A program made the position numbers and the translations under genes. From assembly GCA_964574665.1 (NCBI GenBank), contig CAZNOJ010000001.1, forward strand, positions 35,206-99,205: a stretch of DNA of 64,000 nt, written 5' to 3'. The stretch comes from an uncultured Gemmatimonadaceae bacterium. Lineage in GTDB: Bacteria; Gemmatimonadota; Gemmatimonadetes; Gemmatimonadales; GWC2-71-9. A model generated the notes under the pieces. It had not been told where the DNA came from and made no database searches. It saw only the letters and a program-made list of their open reading frames with translations. Shown here piece by piece: positions 18,271 to 27,479 of this stretch. The first letter of the stretch is position 1. Every line of letters begins with the position of its first letter.

Positions 18271-18669
18271 TCAACCCTGGAGCGGCGTGGACACCCCGAG
18301 CTTGAAGCCATCCGGGTCCCTGAAGGTGAACATCCGCGCACCCCAGGGTCGATCCTCCGGTTCCGCGATCAGGGTGCCCCCGGCGGCCTTGATGCGGGCG
18401 GCAGCGGCGTCCACGTCGGCGGGGGCCGCCACGTTGAGCTGCAGGTAGAATCCCTGGCCCTTGATGCGATCCCAGCCGAGCTTGCCATCGTCCTGGTTGA
18501 GGACGATGCGGATCTGGCCGGCCGTGATCACGGCCCCGGCCAGCTTGCCCTCGTGCTCGAAGCGGTGGACCACGGTGAAGCCAAGGACATCCTGGTACCA
18601 CTGGACGGAGGCGCTGACATCCTTGCAGGTGAGCGAGCAGCCGAGCGTGGTGGCATTGAGGGCGGTCAT
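18271..18669 (-). CDS. VOC (glyoxalase/bleomycin-resistance) family protein
   Basis: Track ORF 18271..18717. I placed the start at ATG 18669 because 18717 would overlap the divergent DinB start. YQDVLGFTVVHRFE....RMFTFRDPDGFKL is typical of the VOC fold. Confidence 0.7.
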   Translation of the reverse strand: MTALNATTLGCSLTCKDVSASVQWYQDVLGFTVVHRFEHEGKLAGAVITAGQIRIVLNQDDGKLGWDRIKGQGFYLQLNVAAPADVDAAAARIKAAGGTLIAEPEDRPWGARMFTFRDPDGFKLGVSTPLQG

Positions 18670-18715
18670 GGACGATCCGGTTGGAGAGGTGATGGAGTCG
18701 AAAGTATAATCGACC

Positions 18716-19168
18716 ATGCTCGTTGCGCACTTGGCCGCCCTGCAGCAGCACGGAGAGTGGGCCGACCGGCGGCTCCTCGAGGCACTGCGATCGGTCGTGT
18801 CGCCGGAGGCACTTCGGGAGTGTGCCCACGTGCGCGGCGCACAGGAGACCTGGCTGGCGCGGATCGAGGGGCGGCCGGCGACGCTGCCGGTCTGGCCCGA
18901 GCTGACCGTGGAGGAACTGGCGCATCAAGGCGCCGGGATTGACGCCGGGTGGCGGCGCTTCCTGGCCGACCTCGACGCGTCGCGGCTCGGGACAGCAATC
19001 GCCTACCGCAACAGCGCCGGTGACTCCTTCGCGACGCCGCTCGGCGAGATCCTCCTGCACGTGATGCTCCACGGGCAGTATCACCGGGGCAAGGCCAACG
19101 CGGCCCTGCGTGCCGCCGGGACGCCGGTGGGCCTCGACTACATCCTGTGGCAGCGCAGCAGAGACTGA
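18716..19168 (+). CDS. DinB-family protein
   Basis: LLHVMLHGQYHRGKANAALRAAG plus N-terminal helices (HGEWADRRLLEAL) match the DinB/YfiT-like four-helix bundle. Confidence 0.8.
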   Translation: MLVAHLAALQQHGEWADRRLLEALRSVVSPEALRECAHVRGAQETWLARIEGRPATLPVWPELTVEELAHQGAGIDAGWRRFLADLDASRLGTAIAYRNSAGDSFATPLGEILLHVMLHGQYHRGKANAALRAAGTPVGLDYILWQRSRD

Positions 19169-19289
19169 CGGCCTCCTTGGCAACCGCCGGATTGCGCCAC
19201 ATACTATCCGTCACCCCCCCGAGCGCGATTCCTGCCGCGTGCCGAACGGCGCCAGCCCTCCGGCCGCACACCGAAAGCGAGCCGCCCCG

Positions 19290-19958
19290 ATGCCGGAGTC
19301 GCTGCCGCACCTCGTTCGCACGGTGCTCGTGGCCTGGGGGGCCCTCTGGCTCTCCGGTTGCGGGGCCCGGGACCCCGAGCCGGCGGAGTCTGCCGAGACG
19401 GCGCCGCAGCCCGCACCCGGTGAGCCCGATCTCGCGGCGGTGCGCACCGCCACCGAGCGGTTCCAGGACGTCCAGGTGGCCCTCGCGGAGGGCTATATCG
19501 CCGACCCGGGCAACGTCTGCGAGACGGCGGACATGATGGGGCGTCCGGCGACCGACGGGGCGATGGGGATCCACTACTTCCGGCCCGACCTGCTCGGGAT
19601 CGCCGGACCTCCGGATCCCAAGGTCCGGGGCAACGGCACGCACACCGACTTCCTCCAGCCGGCGGTATTGATCTACGAGCCGCAGGAGAACGGGTCGCTC
19701 GCCCTCGTGGCGGTGGAGAACCTGGTCTTCGCCGAGTCCTGGAGTGCCGCGGGGCACACGACGCCACCGACCTTCCACGGGGTGGCCTACGACCACATGG
19801 TGGACGATCCAGCGACGACCCTCGATGAAGCCCACAACTTCGCGGAGCATCACGACCGCCACGTCTGGCTGTATCGCGACAACCCCAAGGGCCTGTTTGC
19901 CCAGTTCAATCCGAACGTGAGCTGTGCGCACCATCAGGGGGGCGACCACGGACACTGA
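19290..19958 (+). CDS. Hypothetical lipoprotein with a His-rich C-terminus
   Basis: Track ORF 19110..19958, with the start at ATG 19290. The lipobox-like segment is ALWLSGC. The C-terminus is CAHHQGGDHGH. I recognised no family. Confidence 0.5.
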   Translation: MPESLPHLVRTVLVAWGALWLSGCGARDPEPAESAETAPQPAPGEPDLAAVRTATERFQDVQVALAEGYIADPGNVCETADMMGRPATDGAMGIHYFRPDLLGIAGPPDPKVRGNGTHTDFLQPAVLIYEPQENGSLALVAVENLVFAESWSAAGHTTPPTFHGVAYDHMVDDPATTLDEAHNFAEHHDRHVWLYRDNPKGLFAQFNPNVSCAHHQGGDHGH

Positions 19959-19970
19959 GCGGGGTGCGCC

Positions 19971-21185
19971 GTGAGCGGCGGGCTTCGAGTCGGGGTGCTG
20001 GTCGCGTTGCTGGGCACATTGGGCGGCGCCTGCCAGCCGATGACGCCCCGTCCCGGGATGGATCCGCCGCGCCAGCCGCCGCCCCAGCCACCGCCGGGAC
20101 GCCTCGCCCTCACCGTGGAAGGCGAGTTCGCCAGCACGCAGCAGACCTACACGGCGCTGCACGACGGGCGTGGCCGCCCCTATCTCTACGTGACGGCCGG
20201 GGCCGGCGGCCTGCTGGTGCTCGACGTCTCCGATCCGACCCGGCCCCGCCTGGCGCACACCGTGACGAGCGGGGCGTTCGACGGGCGATACACCAACAAC
20301 CTGCATCAGGCAGGCGACCGCCTCTACGTGGCGACCGGCAACTTCACCGCCCTCCCGTCGCAGCGACCGGGGCTGGCGGTGGTGGATGTTTCCGATCCTG
20401 CGAACGCGAGGGTGGTGGGCCGCTGGGAGCACGCCGCCGGGTCCCGCGGCGCACATGTCGTGGAGGTGCGGGGTCGCTACGCCTACATTGGCGCGTCATT
20501 CGAGGGACTGATCATCCTCGACGTGTCCGATCCCGCCGCGATGCGCCTGGTGTCGCAGGTCGTGCCCGACATCAACTTTCCGACCCCGAATCCCGGCGCC
20601 TTCCAGCGGCCCGCGGCCCGGGGCCTGGCGGTGGTCGGCGACAGCCTGCTCGTGCTCACGTACGACGCCGGTGGCCTCCGTCTCCTCGACATCCGCGACA
20701 AGGCACGACCGCGCGAGGTGGGCCGCCACGTCAACCCGGCGATCAACCCGCGCGTGCAGGCCCAGGCCTACAACAACGTGGTGGTGGACGGCCGCGTGGC
20801 GTACGTGGCGGTGGACTACTGCGGCATCGAAGTGCTCGACATCGGCAACGTCGCGGCGGTGCGGCAGCTCGCCTGGTTCGACCCGTGGCAGTGCGCGGGC
20901 AATGCCGCCAAGTGGCTGACGTCCGCGGGGCACACCAGCGAGCTGGTGCTCCGGCCCGACCGGCACCGGTTGTTCGTCTCCGCGGGTGACACCCAGTTGC
21001 TGGTGCTCGACGTGACGGATCCGGCTGCCCCGGTGGAGCTGGCGCGACACGGCGGCAAGGGTGACAACCGGGTGGCCTGGGGGCTCGATGTCACCGCCAG
21101 TCACGTGTACCTGGCCCAGATCCGCTCGCCCGGTGGACCCTTCAGCAGCAACTGGGCCGGCGTCACCGTGCTGGGCTACCGGTAG
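19971..21185 (+). CDS. LVIVD-repeat beta-propeller lipoprotein
   Basis: There are six repeats of the LVIVD type: LLVLDVSDPTRPRL, LAVVDVSDPANARVV, LIILDVSDPAAMRLV, LRLLDIRDKARPREV, IEVLDIGNVAAVRQL, LLVLDVTDPAAPVEL. The signal/lipobox is LLGTLGGAC. Confidence 0.8.
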   Translation: MSGGLRVGVLVALLGTLGGACQPMTPRPGMDPPRQPPPQPPPGRLALTVEGEFASTQQTYTALHDGRGRPYLYVTAGAGGLLVLDVSDPTRPRLAHTVTSGAFDGRYTNNLHQAGDRLYVATGNFTALPSQRPGLAVVDVSDPANARVVGRWEHAAGSRGAHVVEVRGRYAYIGASFEGLIILDVSDPAAMRLVSQVVPDINFPTPNPGAFQRPAARGLAVVGDSLLVLTYDAGGLRLLDIRDKARPREVGRHVNPAINPRVQAQAYNNVVVDGRVAYVAVDYCGIEVLDIGNVAAVRQLAWFDPWQCAGNAAKWLTSAGHTSELVLRPDRHRLFVSAGDTQLLVLDVTDPAAPVELARHGGKGDNRVAWGLDVTASHVYLAQIRSPGGPFSSNWAGVTVLGYR

Positions 21186-21276
21186 TTGCTGGCGGGGATC
21201 GCCGCGGCGGCGTAGACTCTGCGGCCCGCGATGGCTTGCCGATGCGGGGGTCCCTCATCTCGAAGGAGCGCAGGCC

Positions 21277-21705
21277 ATGTCGCCTCGGACACGGAACGTG
21301 CTGGCTGTCATCGCCGGGCTGGTGGCGGGTGGCGTCGTGAACATGGCGTTGATCACCCTCTCACCGTTGGTGATCCCGCCGCCGGAGGGGGTGGACGTCA
21401 CCAGCACGGAGGGGCTCCGGGCCGGGATCCATCTCCTCCGGCCGCGCCACTTCATCATGCCGTTCCTGGCGCATGCCCTCGGCACGCTCGTGGGCGCAAT
21501 CCTGGCCGCACGGCTCGCCGCCACGCACAAGGTGCCCATGGCCTACGTCGTCGGCGGGTTCTTCCTGGTGGGCGGCATCGCCGCGAGTGCAATGATTCCG
21601 GCGCCCACCTGGTTCAAGGCGCTCGATGTGGTGCTGGCCTACCTCCCGATGGCGTGGCTCGGCGGCCGGGTCGGCGGCGTTCACGCGCCGGCGGGCGCCG
21701 CGTGA
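21277..21705 (+). CDS. Hypothetical integral membrane protein
   Basis: Track ORF 21061..21705, with ATG 21277 preceded by gaaggag. There are four hydrophobic segments (VLAVIAGLVAGGVVNMALI.., FLAHALGTLVGAILAA.., VVGGFFLVGGIAASAMI..). Confidence 0.55.
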   Translation: MSPRTRNVLAVIAGLVAGGVVNMALITLSPLVIPPPEGVDVTSTEGLRAGIHLLRPRHFIMPFLAHALGTLVGAILAARLAATHKVPMAYVVGGFFLVGGIAASAMIPAPTWFKALDVVLAYLPMAWLGGRVGGVHAPAGAA

Positions 21706-21724
21706 CCCGGCGACTCGGAGTGGC

Positions 21725-22378
21725 GTGCGCCTCCTGATCCTGGGGGCCTCCGGGGGATGCGGTCGGTGGGCGGTCCGCCTCGCCACCGAGCGAGGCCACG
21801 CGGTCACCGCGCTGGTGCGCCCGTCCACGGCGTTCCGGCCACCAGGCGGCGTGACCGTGATTCGCGGCGAGGCGCTGGACGCCGAGACGGTGGCGCGCAC
21901 GGCCGCGGGTTGCGATACGGTACTCTCGTGCATCGGACCGCAGCGCACCAACCCTCGCAACCCGTGGTCGGCGCTCCGCCCACCGGCACGCAGCGCGGAG
22001 TCGAGTGCCCGTGCGGTGGTGGCGGCACTCCCCGTGGCGGGAGTGACCCGGTTCGTTGCCATCTCGGCGGCTGGGGTGGGGGATTCCCGCGGGGCGATGA
22101 ACGGCCCGATGCGGTGGATGGTGGACCACAGCACCGTGGGCGCGATGTATGCCGACCTCGATGCGATGGAGCGCGTGCTTCGCGGGAGCTCCCTGGATTG
22201 GCACGCGGTCCGGCCGGTGACCCTGCTCGACGCGCGGCCGAGTGCGCGCACCAGGGTGCTCTCGCGCTATCGTACGGTGTCGGTGATCGGCCGAGCCGAC
22301 GTGGCCGCATGGCTGCTCGACAGGGCGACCGCAGCGGTGCTCCCGGAACAGCGCACGCCCATGATCGGGTGGTGGTAG
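21725..22378 (+). CDS. NAD(P)H-binding (atypical SDR / NmrA-like) oxidoreductase
   Basis: Track ORF 21626..22378, with GTG 21725 giving VRLLILGASGGCGRWAVRLATERGHAVTALVR (Rossmann GxxGxxG). Confidence 0.8.
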   Translation: MRLLILGASGGCGRWAVRLATERGHAVTALVRPSTAFRPPGGVTVIRGEALDAETVARTAAGCDTVLSCIGPQRTNPRNPWSALRPPARSAESSARAVVAALPVAGVTRFVAISAAGVGDSRGAMNGPMRWMVDHSTVGAMYADLDAMERVLRGSSLDWHAVRPVTLLDARPSARTRVLSRYRTVSVIGRADVAAWLLDRATAAVLPEQRTPMIGWW

Positions 22379-22414
22379 TCGCCCGTGAACGCAGCTTCCT
22401 GAAAGGACGGTGCC

Positions 22415-22717
22415 ATGCTCGGCGGACGATCCTGGGATGACTGGATTGCGCAATACGCCACGTCCCATCAACACCCGGTCAACCGGTTCTGTCACACGAT
22501 CGGCATCCCGCTGATCGTGCTCTCGATCCCGCTGGCGCTGGTGGCACTCTTCGTGGACGGGCTCTGGCTGGTGCCGCTCGCGATGTTCGTGACGGGGTGG
22601 ATCTTCCAGTTCGTGGGACACGCCTTCGAGGGGAAGCCGCCGGAGTTCTTCCACGACTGGCGGTTCCTCTTCGTGGGGCTCAGGTGGTGGGTGGCCAAGG
22701 TTCGAGGCAGGGCGTAG
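22415..22717 (+). CDS. DUF962 (Mpo1-like) membrane protein
   Basis: YATSHQHPVNRFCHTIGIPLIVLS..FQFVGHAFEGKPPEFFHDWRFL is the DUF962 signature. Confidence 0.75.
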   Translation: MLGGRSWDDWIAQYATSHQHPVNRFCHTIGIPLIVLSIPLALVALFVDGLWLVPLAMFVTGWIFQFVGHAFEGKPPEFFHDWRFLFVGLRWWVAKVRGRA

Positions 22718-22752
22718 CGCCCCGGGCACGCTGCCCGGGGTCCCTTTCCAGC

Positions 22753-22989
22753 ATGGAGCGACAGATGCCGGTGAACATGAGCACCATTGATCGTGTCGTC
22801 CGCGCCCTCATCGCCGTGGCGATCGGGGTCCTCTACTTCACGGGCCGGATCAGCGGGACGCTGGCGATCGTGCTGGGCGTGATCGCGGTCGCGTTCCTGC
22901 TCTCGTCGCTGGCGGCGCGCTGCCCGGCGTACACGCTGTTCGGGTTCTCGACGCGTCGCCAACCCTCGGGCGACTCGAGAGGGGCCTAA
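22753..22989 (+). CDS. DUF2892 (YgaP C-terminal-like) small membrane protein
   Basis: IDRVVRALIAVAIGVLYFTG...LGVIAVAFLLSSLAARCPAYTLFGFST is the typical DUF2892 pattern. Confidence 0.7.
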   Translation: MERQMPVNMSTIDRVVRALIAVAIGVLYFTGRISGTLAIVLGVIAVAFLLSSLAARCPAYTLFGFSTRRQPSGDSRGA

Positions 22990-23105
22990 CGAAACGCTTA
23001 CAGGCTGCAGCGGGGATGCAGGGGTCATATGAGGGACAGCGGTTCCCCTCCCCCTGCCAACCGGTGTGGCCGATGACCCGAGTGATTCCCGCGACGACCG
23101 GCACG

Positions 23106-24008
23106 ATGGGCGCACGACACCTCCCGATACTGCTCCTGGCGCTGGCGGGCTCCGCCTGCGGATCCTCGCCGGTGATGGCCACCTATGAAGGCGAGGACCG
23201 GGTGGAGTCGTTCATGCAGGCCGACTACAACCGGCTGTACCGGATCCACGTTCCCGAGCGGATGGAGCTCGGGCCGGCGGCCCCCCTGGTGCTCGCGTTC
23301 CACGGCGTGGGCCAGAACGGCGACGACTTCCGGGCCCGGTCGGGGCTCGACCAGGCCGCCGCCGAGGCGGGGTTCATCGTCGTGTACCTGGAGGCGGCGA
23401 TGGGGGCGTGGGACATCTTCGGCGACCTGGCGTTCCTCGGCCTCGACGACCTTGCCTACGTCCGGGAGGTGATTGACCGGGTGGAACAGGAATTCGTGAT
23501 CGACCGCCATCGGATCATCGCGGTGGGCCTCTCCAACGGCGGCGTCTTCGCGCAGCGCCTGGGGTGCTCGCTCTCGCACCGCATCGCCGGGTTCGTGGCC
23601 GTGGCGGCCACGATGCCGCGCCGGCTCGCGGAGGAGTGCCACCCGAGCCGGCCGACCGATGCCCTCTACGTCACGGGCACCGCCGACGCGTTCTTTCCGA
23701 TCGCCGGCAACTCGGTGCTGCTCTCGCTCGACGGCACGATGGACGTCTGGGCGCGGGCCAACGATTGCGATGGCCGCCGCCTCCGGTCGGCGTGGCCGGA
23801 CCTCGAGGAGGATGGGACCCGGGTGTACTGGAGCCGGTACGACGACTGCCGGGATGGCACCCGCACCTGGCTCGACAGCATCGTGGGCGGCGGGCACGCC
23901 TGGCCCGGCGGCACCGTCGCCGCCCCGTCCTCGTTCGGTCCCACCAGCCGCGACGTCTCGGCCAACGACGAGATCGCCCGCTTTCTCGCTGCGTTGAGGC
24001 GTGACTAG
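23106..24008 (+). CDS. PHB-depolymerase-family esterase (LpqC-like), lipoprotein
   Basis: Track ORF 23016..24008, with the start at ATG 23106 (MGARHLPILLLALAGSAC). Also present: YRIHVP...PLVLAFHGVGQNG and the nucleophile elbow GLSNGG. Confidence 0.8.
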   Translation: MGARHLPILLLALAGSACGSSPVMATYEGEDRVESFMQADYNRLYRIHVPERMELGPAAPLVLAFHGVGQNGDDFRARSGLDQAAAEAGFIVVYLEAAMGAWDIFGDLAFLGLDDLAYVREVIDRVEQEFVIDRHRIIAVGLSNGGVFAQRLGCSLSHRIAGFVAVAATMPRRLAEECHPSRPTDALYVTGTADAFFPIAGNSVLLSLDGTMDVWARANDCDGRRLRSAWPDLEEDGTRVYWSRYDDCRDGTRTWLDSIVGGGHAWPGGTVAAPSSFGPTSRDVSANDEIARFLAALRRD

Positions 24009-24951
24009 GCCCGTGTGCCAACCCAGCCGCCGCACCTTCCTCGGCTCAGTCGTCGGGGCTGTGCCCGCCGCGCAGTGGTGGATGGGCGCGCGGCCACGCG
24101 GTGGCGAGGCGAGCCGCCTGATCCTCCTCGGCACGGCGGGCGGGCCGACACCCAAGCCCAATCGCGCCGCGCCGGCGCAGGCGATCGTGGTGGGCGATGC
24201 CACGTACGTGGTGGACTGCGGCAACGGCGTGGCTCGCCAGATGGTGCTCGCGCAGCTGCGACTCGGTTCGATCCAGGGCGTGTTCATCACGCACCAGCAC
24301 TCCGACCACAACGCCGACTACGGCAACCTGCTGCTGCTCGCGTGGGCGAGCGACCTCAGCCACCGAGTGGACAGCTACGGGCCGCCGCCGCTGGTGGCGA
24401 TGACCCGCCAGTTCCTGGAGCTCAACGACTTCGACATCCGCACCCGGATCGCCGACGAGGGCCGGCCGGCCCTGGCGCCACTCATTCGGCCGCGCGAGCT
24501 CACGGCCGGCGGGGTGATTCACCAGGACGAGCGGGTGCAGGTCACCGCGGCGCTGGTGGAACACCCGCCGGTGGTGCCGTCGTTCGCCTACCGCTTCGAC
24601 TGCCCGGATCGCTCGATCGTGATCTCGGGGGACACCCGGCCGTCGGCTGCGCTGGTGGCACTGGCTCGCGGTGCCGACGTGCTGGTGCACGAGGTGATGC
24701 ACGTGCCGTCGATCGAGGCGCTGATCGCCAGCGAGCCGAACGCCACCACGCTGCGGGAGCACCTGCTCGCCAGCCACACCACCACCGAGCAGGTGGGCCG
24801 GATCGCCACCGAGGCCGGGGTCGGGACGCTGGTGCTGTCGCACTTCGTGCCGGGGGGCTTTCCGTTCCTGGCCGACGAAGTGTGGCACGACGCGGTGCGG
24901 CCCCACTTTGCGGGGCGCCTGGTGGTGGGGCGTGACCTGATGGAGCTGTGA
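24001..24951 (+). CDS. MBL-fold metallo-hydrolase with a Tat signal
   Basis: Twin-arginine signal SRRTFLGSVVGA, the metal motif THQHSDH, and the later SGDT and LSHF motifs. Confidence 0.85.
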   Translation: MTRPVCQPSRRTFLGSVVGAVPAAQWWMGARPRGGEASRLILLGTAGGPTPKPNRAAPAQAIVVGDATYVVDCGNGVARQMVLAQLRLGSIQGVFITHQHSDHNADYGNLLLLAWASDLSHRVDSYGPPPLVAMTRQFLELNDFDIRTRIADEGRPALAPLIRPRELTAGGVIHQDERVQVTAALVEHPPVVPSFAYRFDCPDRSIVISGDTRPSAALVALARGADVLVHEVMHVPSIEALIASEPNATTLREHLLASHTTTEQVGRIATEAGVGTLVLSHFVPGGFPFLADEVWHDAVRPHFAGRLVVGRDLMEL

Positions 24952-24952
24952 G

Positions 24953-25666
24953 CTACGGCACGTCCATGCGGCGGAGGCGCCGGATCGCCAGCAGCACGAA
25001 GCCCGCGAACACCACGATCGTCACGAGCACCACGGGCACCGGCGACAGGAGATCGGCCGTGGCGAAGCGCCGCGCATCCACGGCGTGCATCAGGCCCATC
25101 GCGTAGTGCCGGATCGAGAGCATCCGGACACCCGACACGAACCCCGCGAAGAACCCCTCCCAGATCACGATGTACAGCAGTCCCACGCCGATTGCCTGGG
25201 TGGTGTAGAGCCCGAGCCAGGTGAACGCCGCGGCGTAGAGGGCCACTCCGCCCACGGCGCCCAGGGTCACGGCCACGGTGGCGCGGGCATCGCCGAGGAA
25301 GGCGATGTGGGCGGTGACGAGGGCGCTCGCCACGATGAAGGGACCGGACAGCGCCATCGCCGCCAGCAGCTTGGGCACCACCACCTGCCAGCGCGGCACG
25401 GGTGCCAGGGTCAGGTTGGCGAGGGTGCGGTCGTCGAGCTCATTCGCGAATCCCGAGGCGGCGATCGCGAGGACCACCAGCGGCAGGATCGAGCCGGCGA
25501 AGAGGGTGCCGAGCACCAGCGTCTCGAACTGGGTCACGCTGGGCGCGCTCTCGGCGCGGAGCGTGAGCCAGGCCACGAAGATCGGCAGGAACGCCAGCAC
25601 GGCAAGGGCCGTGAGGCGCCACCGGCCGGAGAGCTGCCGCAGGGTGAGCAGGAAGACCTCGCGCAT
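24953..25666 (-). CDS. ABC-2-type transporter permease
   Basis: Six hydrophobic helices. The start overlaps the stop of the upstream ATPase by 1 nt (TGATG). Confidence 0.7.
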   Translation of the reverse strand: MREVFLLTLRQLSGRWRLTALAVLAFLPIFVAWLTLRAESAPSVTQFETLVLGTLFAGSILPLVVLAIAASGFANELDDRTLANLTLAPVPRWQVVVPKLLAAMALSGPFIVASALVTAHIAFLGDARATVAVTLGAVGGVALYAAAFTWLGLYTTQAIGVGLLYIVIWEGFFAGFVSGVRMLSIRHYAMGLMHAVDARRFATADLLSPVPVVLVTIVVFAGFVLLAIRRLRRMDVP

Positions 25667-26586
25667 CAGCGCTCCACCAGGTAGCCGAAGACACTCTCGA
25701 GCGAATCGTCGAGGGGCTCCACCCGCCTGAGGCGAATGCCGCCTGCCTGCGCCAGGCGCGGCAGCGCCATCTGCACGTCGGTGACGTTGCGGGAGAGCAC
25801 CACGATCGCGCCATCGGGATCCATGTGGACGGCGTCCACCGAATCGAGCAGCGCCACCGCCGCCGCCAGCCTGCGCGGCGCATCCGAGAGCACCCGGACG
25901 TGGTAGGGGCGCTTGTCGAGCGCGGCGCGGATCTCCCGGAAGCCGCCGGACGCCGCCAGCTTGCCGTTGACGATCAGCAGCACCGTTTCGGCGAGCTGCT
26001 CGACCTCCTCGAGGATGTGCGATGAGAGGACGATGGTCCGGCCCTCCGCGGCCAGGGTGCGGAGCAGGTGCTGGAAGTGGACGCGCTGGCGGGGGTCGGC
26101 GCCGTTGAGCGGCTCGTCGAGGATGAGCACCTCGGGGTCGTGCACCAGGGTGGCGGCGAGCCGCATTCGCTGCCGCATCCCGCGCGAGTAGCCGTCCATC
26201 GGCCGGTCCTGCGCGGCGGCCATGTCCACCAGCCCGATCGCGCGGGTCACCGCGGCCTCGCTGTCCACGCCGCGGAGCCGGCCCATCATCCGGACGAAGG
26301 CGCGACCGGTCATGAAGCCGTACACCGTCTCGTGCTCGGACATCACGCCGATCCGGCGGTAGAGCGGCGGGTTGTCGCGCACCGGCTCGCCGAACATGGT
26401 GACGCGGCCGGTGGAGGTGGCGGCCAGGCCGGTCATCATCCGGAGCAGGGTGGTCTTGCCGGCACCGTTGGGGCCCAGCAGGCCGGTGATGCCGGGCCCG
26501 ATGTCGAAGGTGACATCGCTGACCGCCACCACGCTGCCGAACCAGCGCGACACGCCATCCACGCGGATCACCGCCTCGTCGCTCAC
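25666..26586 (-). CDS. ABC transporter ATP-binding protein
   Basis: This is part of track ORF 25666..27597. The real start is GTG 26586 (VSDEAVIRVDGVSRWFG). Walker A is GPNGAGKTT, the signature is YSRGMRQR, and Walker B is VLILDEP. Confidence 0.9.
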   Translation of the reverse strand: MSDEAVIRVDGVSRWFGSVVAVSDVTFDIGPGITGLLGPNGAGKTTLLRMMTGLAATSTGRVTMFGEPVRDNPPLYRRIGVMSEHETVYGFMTGRAFVRMMGRLRGVDSEAAVTRAIGLVDMAAAQDRPMDGYSRGMRQRMRLAATLVHDPEVLILDEPLNGADPRQRVHFQHLLRTLAAEGRTIVLSSHILEEVEQLAETVLLIVNGKLAASGGFREIRAALDKRPYHVRVLSDAPRRLAAAVALLDSVDAVHMDPDGAIVVLSRNVTDVQMALPRLAQAGGIRLRRVEPLDDSLESVFGYLVER

Positions 26587-27479
26587 GGCGTGAGCCTCCG
26601 GTACCGGCGCCAGAGCCAGAGCGCCGCGCCGACCGTCCAGAGCACCCACCACCCCACGAGACGGGCGCTGCCGAAGATCCGTGCGGGCGCGTCCTCGGTG
26701 AGCTCGCTTGGCTCGCCGAAGATCACGTCGTTCACGTGCACCGGGATGTTGGTGAGGTTGAACATCGAGATCCAGCCGCCCGCGCTGCCGCCGATCTCCT
26801 GCGACAGGCCGGCCGTGAACGGCGTCGTCACCACGAAGAGGCCGACCAGGAACACCGAGGCATAGGCGCGTCGGGTGGTGAACGAGGCCGTCAGCATCGC
26901 CAGCGTGGTGGCATAGAGGGCCATCGCCACGCCGGCGGCCAGGAACCGCGGGATGTCGTCCCAGTGGCCGGCGAGGTAGGCCACCGGATCCGGGGAGCCG
27001 CCGGCCAGCCCCATCAGGAGGATCAGCTGCGGGAGCCAGAGCGCGGCGAGGGCCACCACCAGGAACGCCGCCCAGCGCGACGCCAGGTAGTCCACGGCGG
27101 TGATCGGCCGCACCAGGTAGAGGTTGATGGTCCCCTCGCGCCGGTCGCGGCAGAGGAGCTCCGGCGCCACCACCGAGGCGAACACGAACACCACGATCGA
27201 GGCGATGCCGTAGAAGTCGCCGTGCGAGGGCACACCCGCCTGCTCCGCGGCGCCGGGCCCGTTCATCCGGTCCACGGCCCCGGCGACCAGGGCCATGATC
27301 GTCGCGATGAACGAGAGCACCACGAGGAACAGCCACGGGAGCACCTTGGCGCGTCCGCCACGCCCGATGCCGAGGGCGATCCGCAGTCCGTCCTTGAAGA
27401 CGGCACGGCGGCCACGCCAGCGCCCCTCGCGCACGCCGGTGTAATTGCGGTATCCGATGTCGAAGACGGTGCCGCTCAC
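26583..27479 (-). CDS. ABC-2-type transporter permease-like membrane protein
   Basis: N-terminal FDIGYRNYTGVREGRW followed by about 6 TM helices. Both ends carry 4-nt overlaps with the flanking ATPase genes. Confidence 0.65.
   Translation of the reverse strand: MSGTVFDIGYRNYTGVREGRWRGRRAVFKDGLRIALGIGRGGRAKVLPWLFLVVLSFIATIMALVAGAVDRMNGPGAAEQAGVPSHGDFYGIASIVVFVFASVVAPELLCRDRREGTINLYLVRPITAVDYLASRWAAFLVVALAALWLPQLILLMGLAGGSPDPVAYLAGHWDDIPRFLAAGVAMALYATTLAMLTASFTTRRAYASVFLVGLFVVTTPFTAGLSQEIGGSAGGWISMFNLTNIPVHVNDVIFGEPSELTEDAPARIFGSARLVGWWVLWTVGAALWLWRRYRRLTP

Noticed and set aside
16136-18448. A 770-aa plus-strand ORF across the PhzF/M1-peptidase/VOC region. Similar long antisense ORFs occur at 10058-12166, 51767-53848, 48841-50601, 59463-60953, 61341-62909 and 4141-5364.
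   Set aside because: All lie opposite genes with strong family motifs and show shadow-frame composition. None has a plausible RBS or family resemblance.
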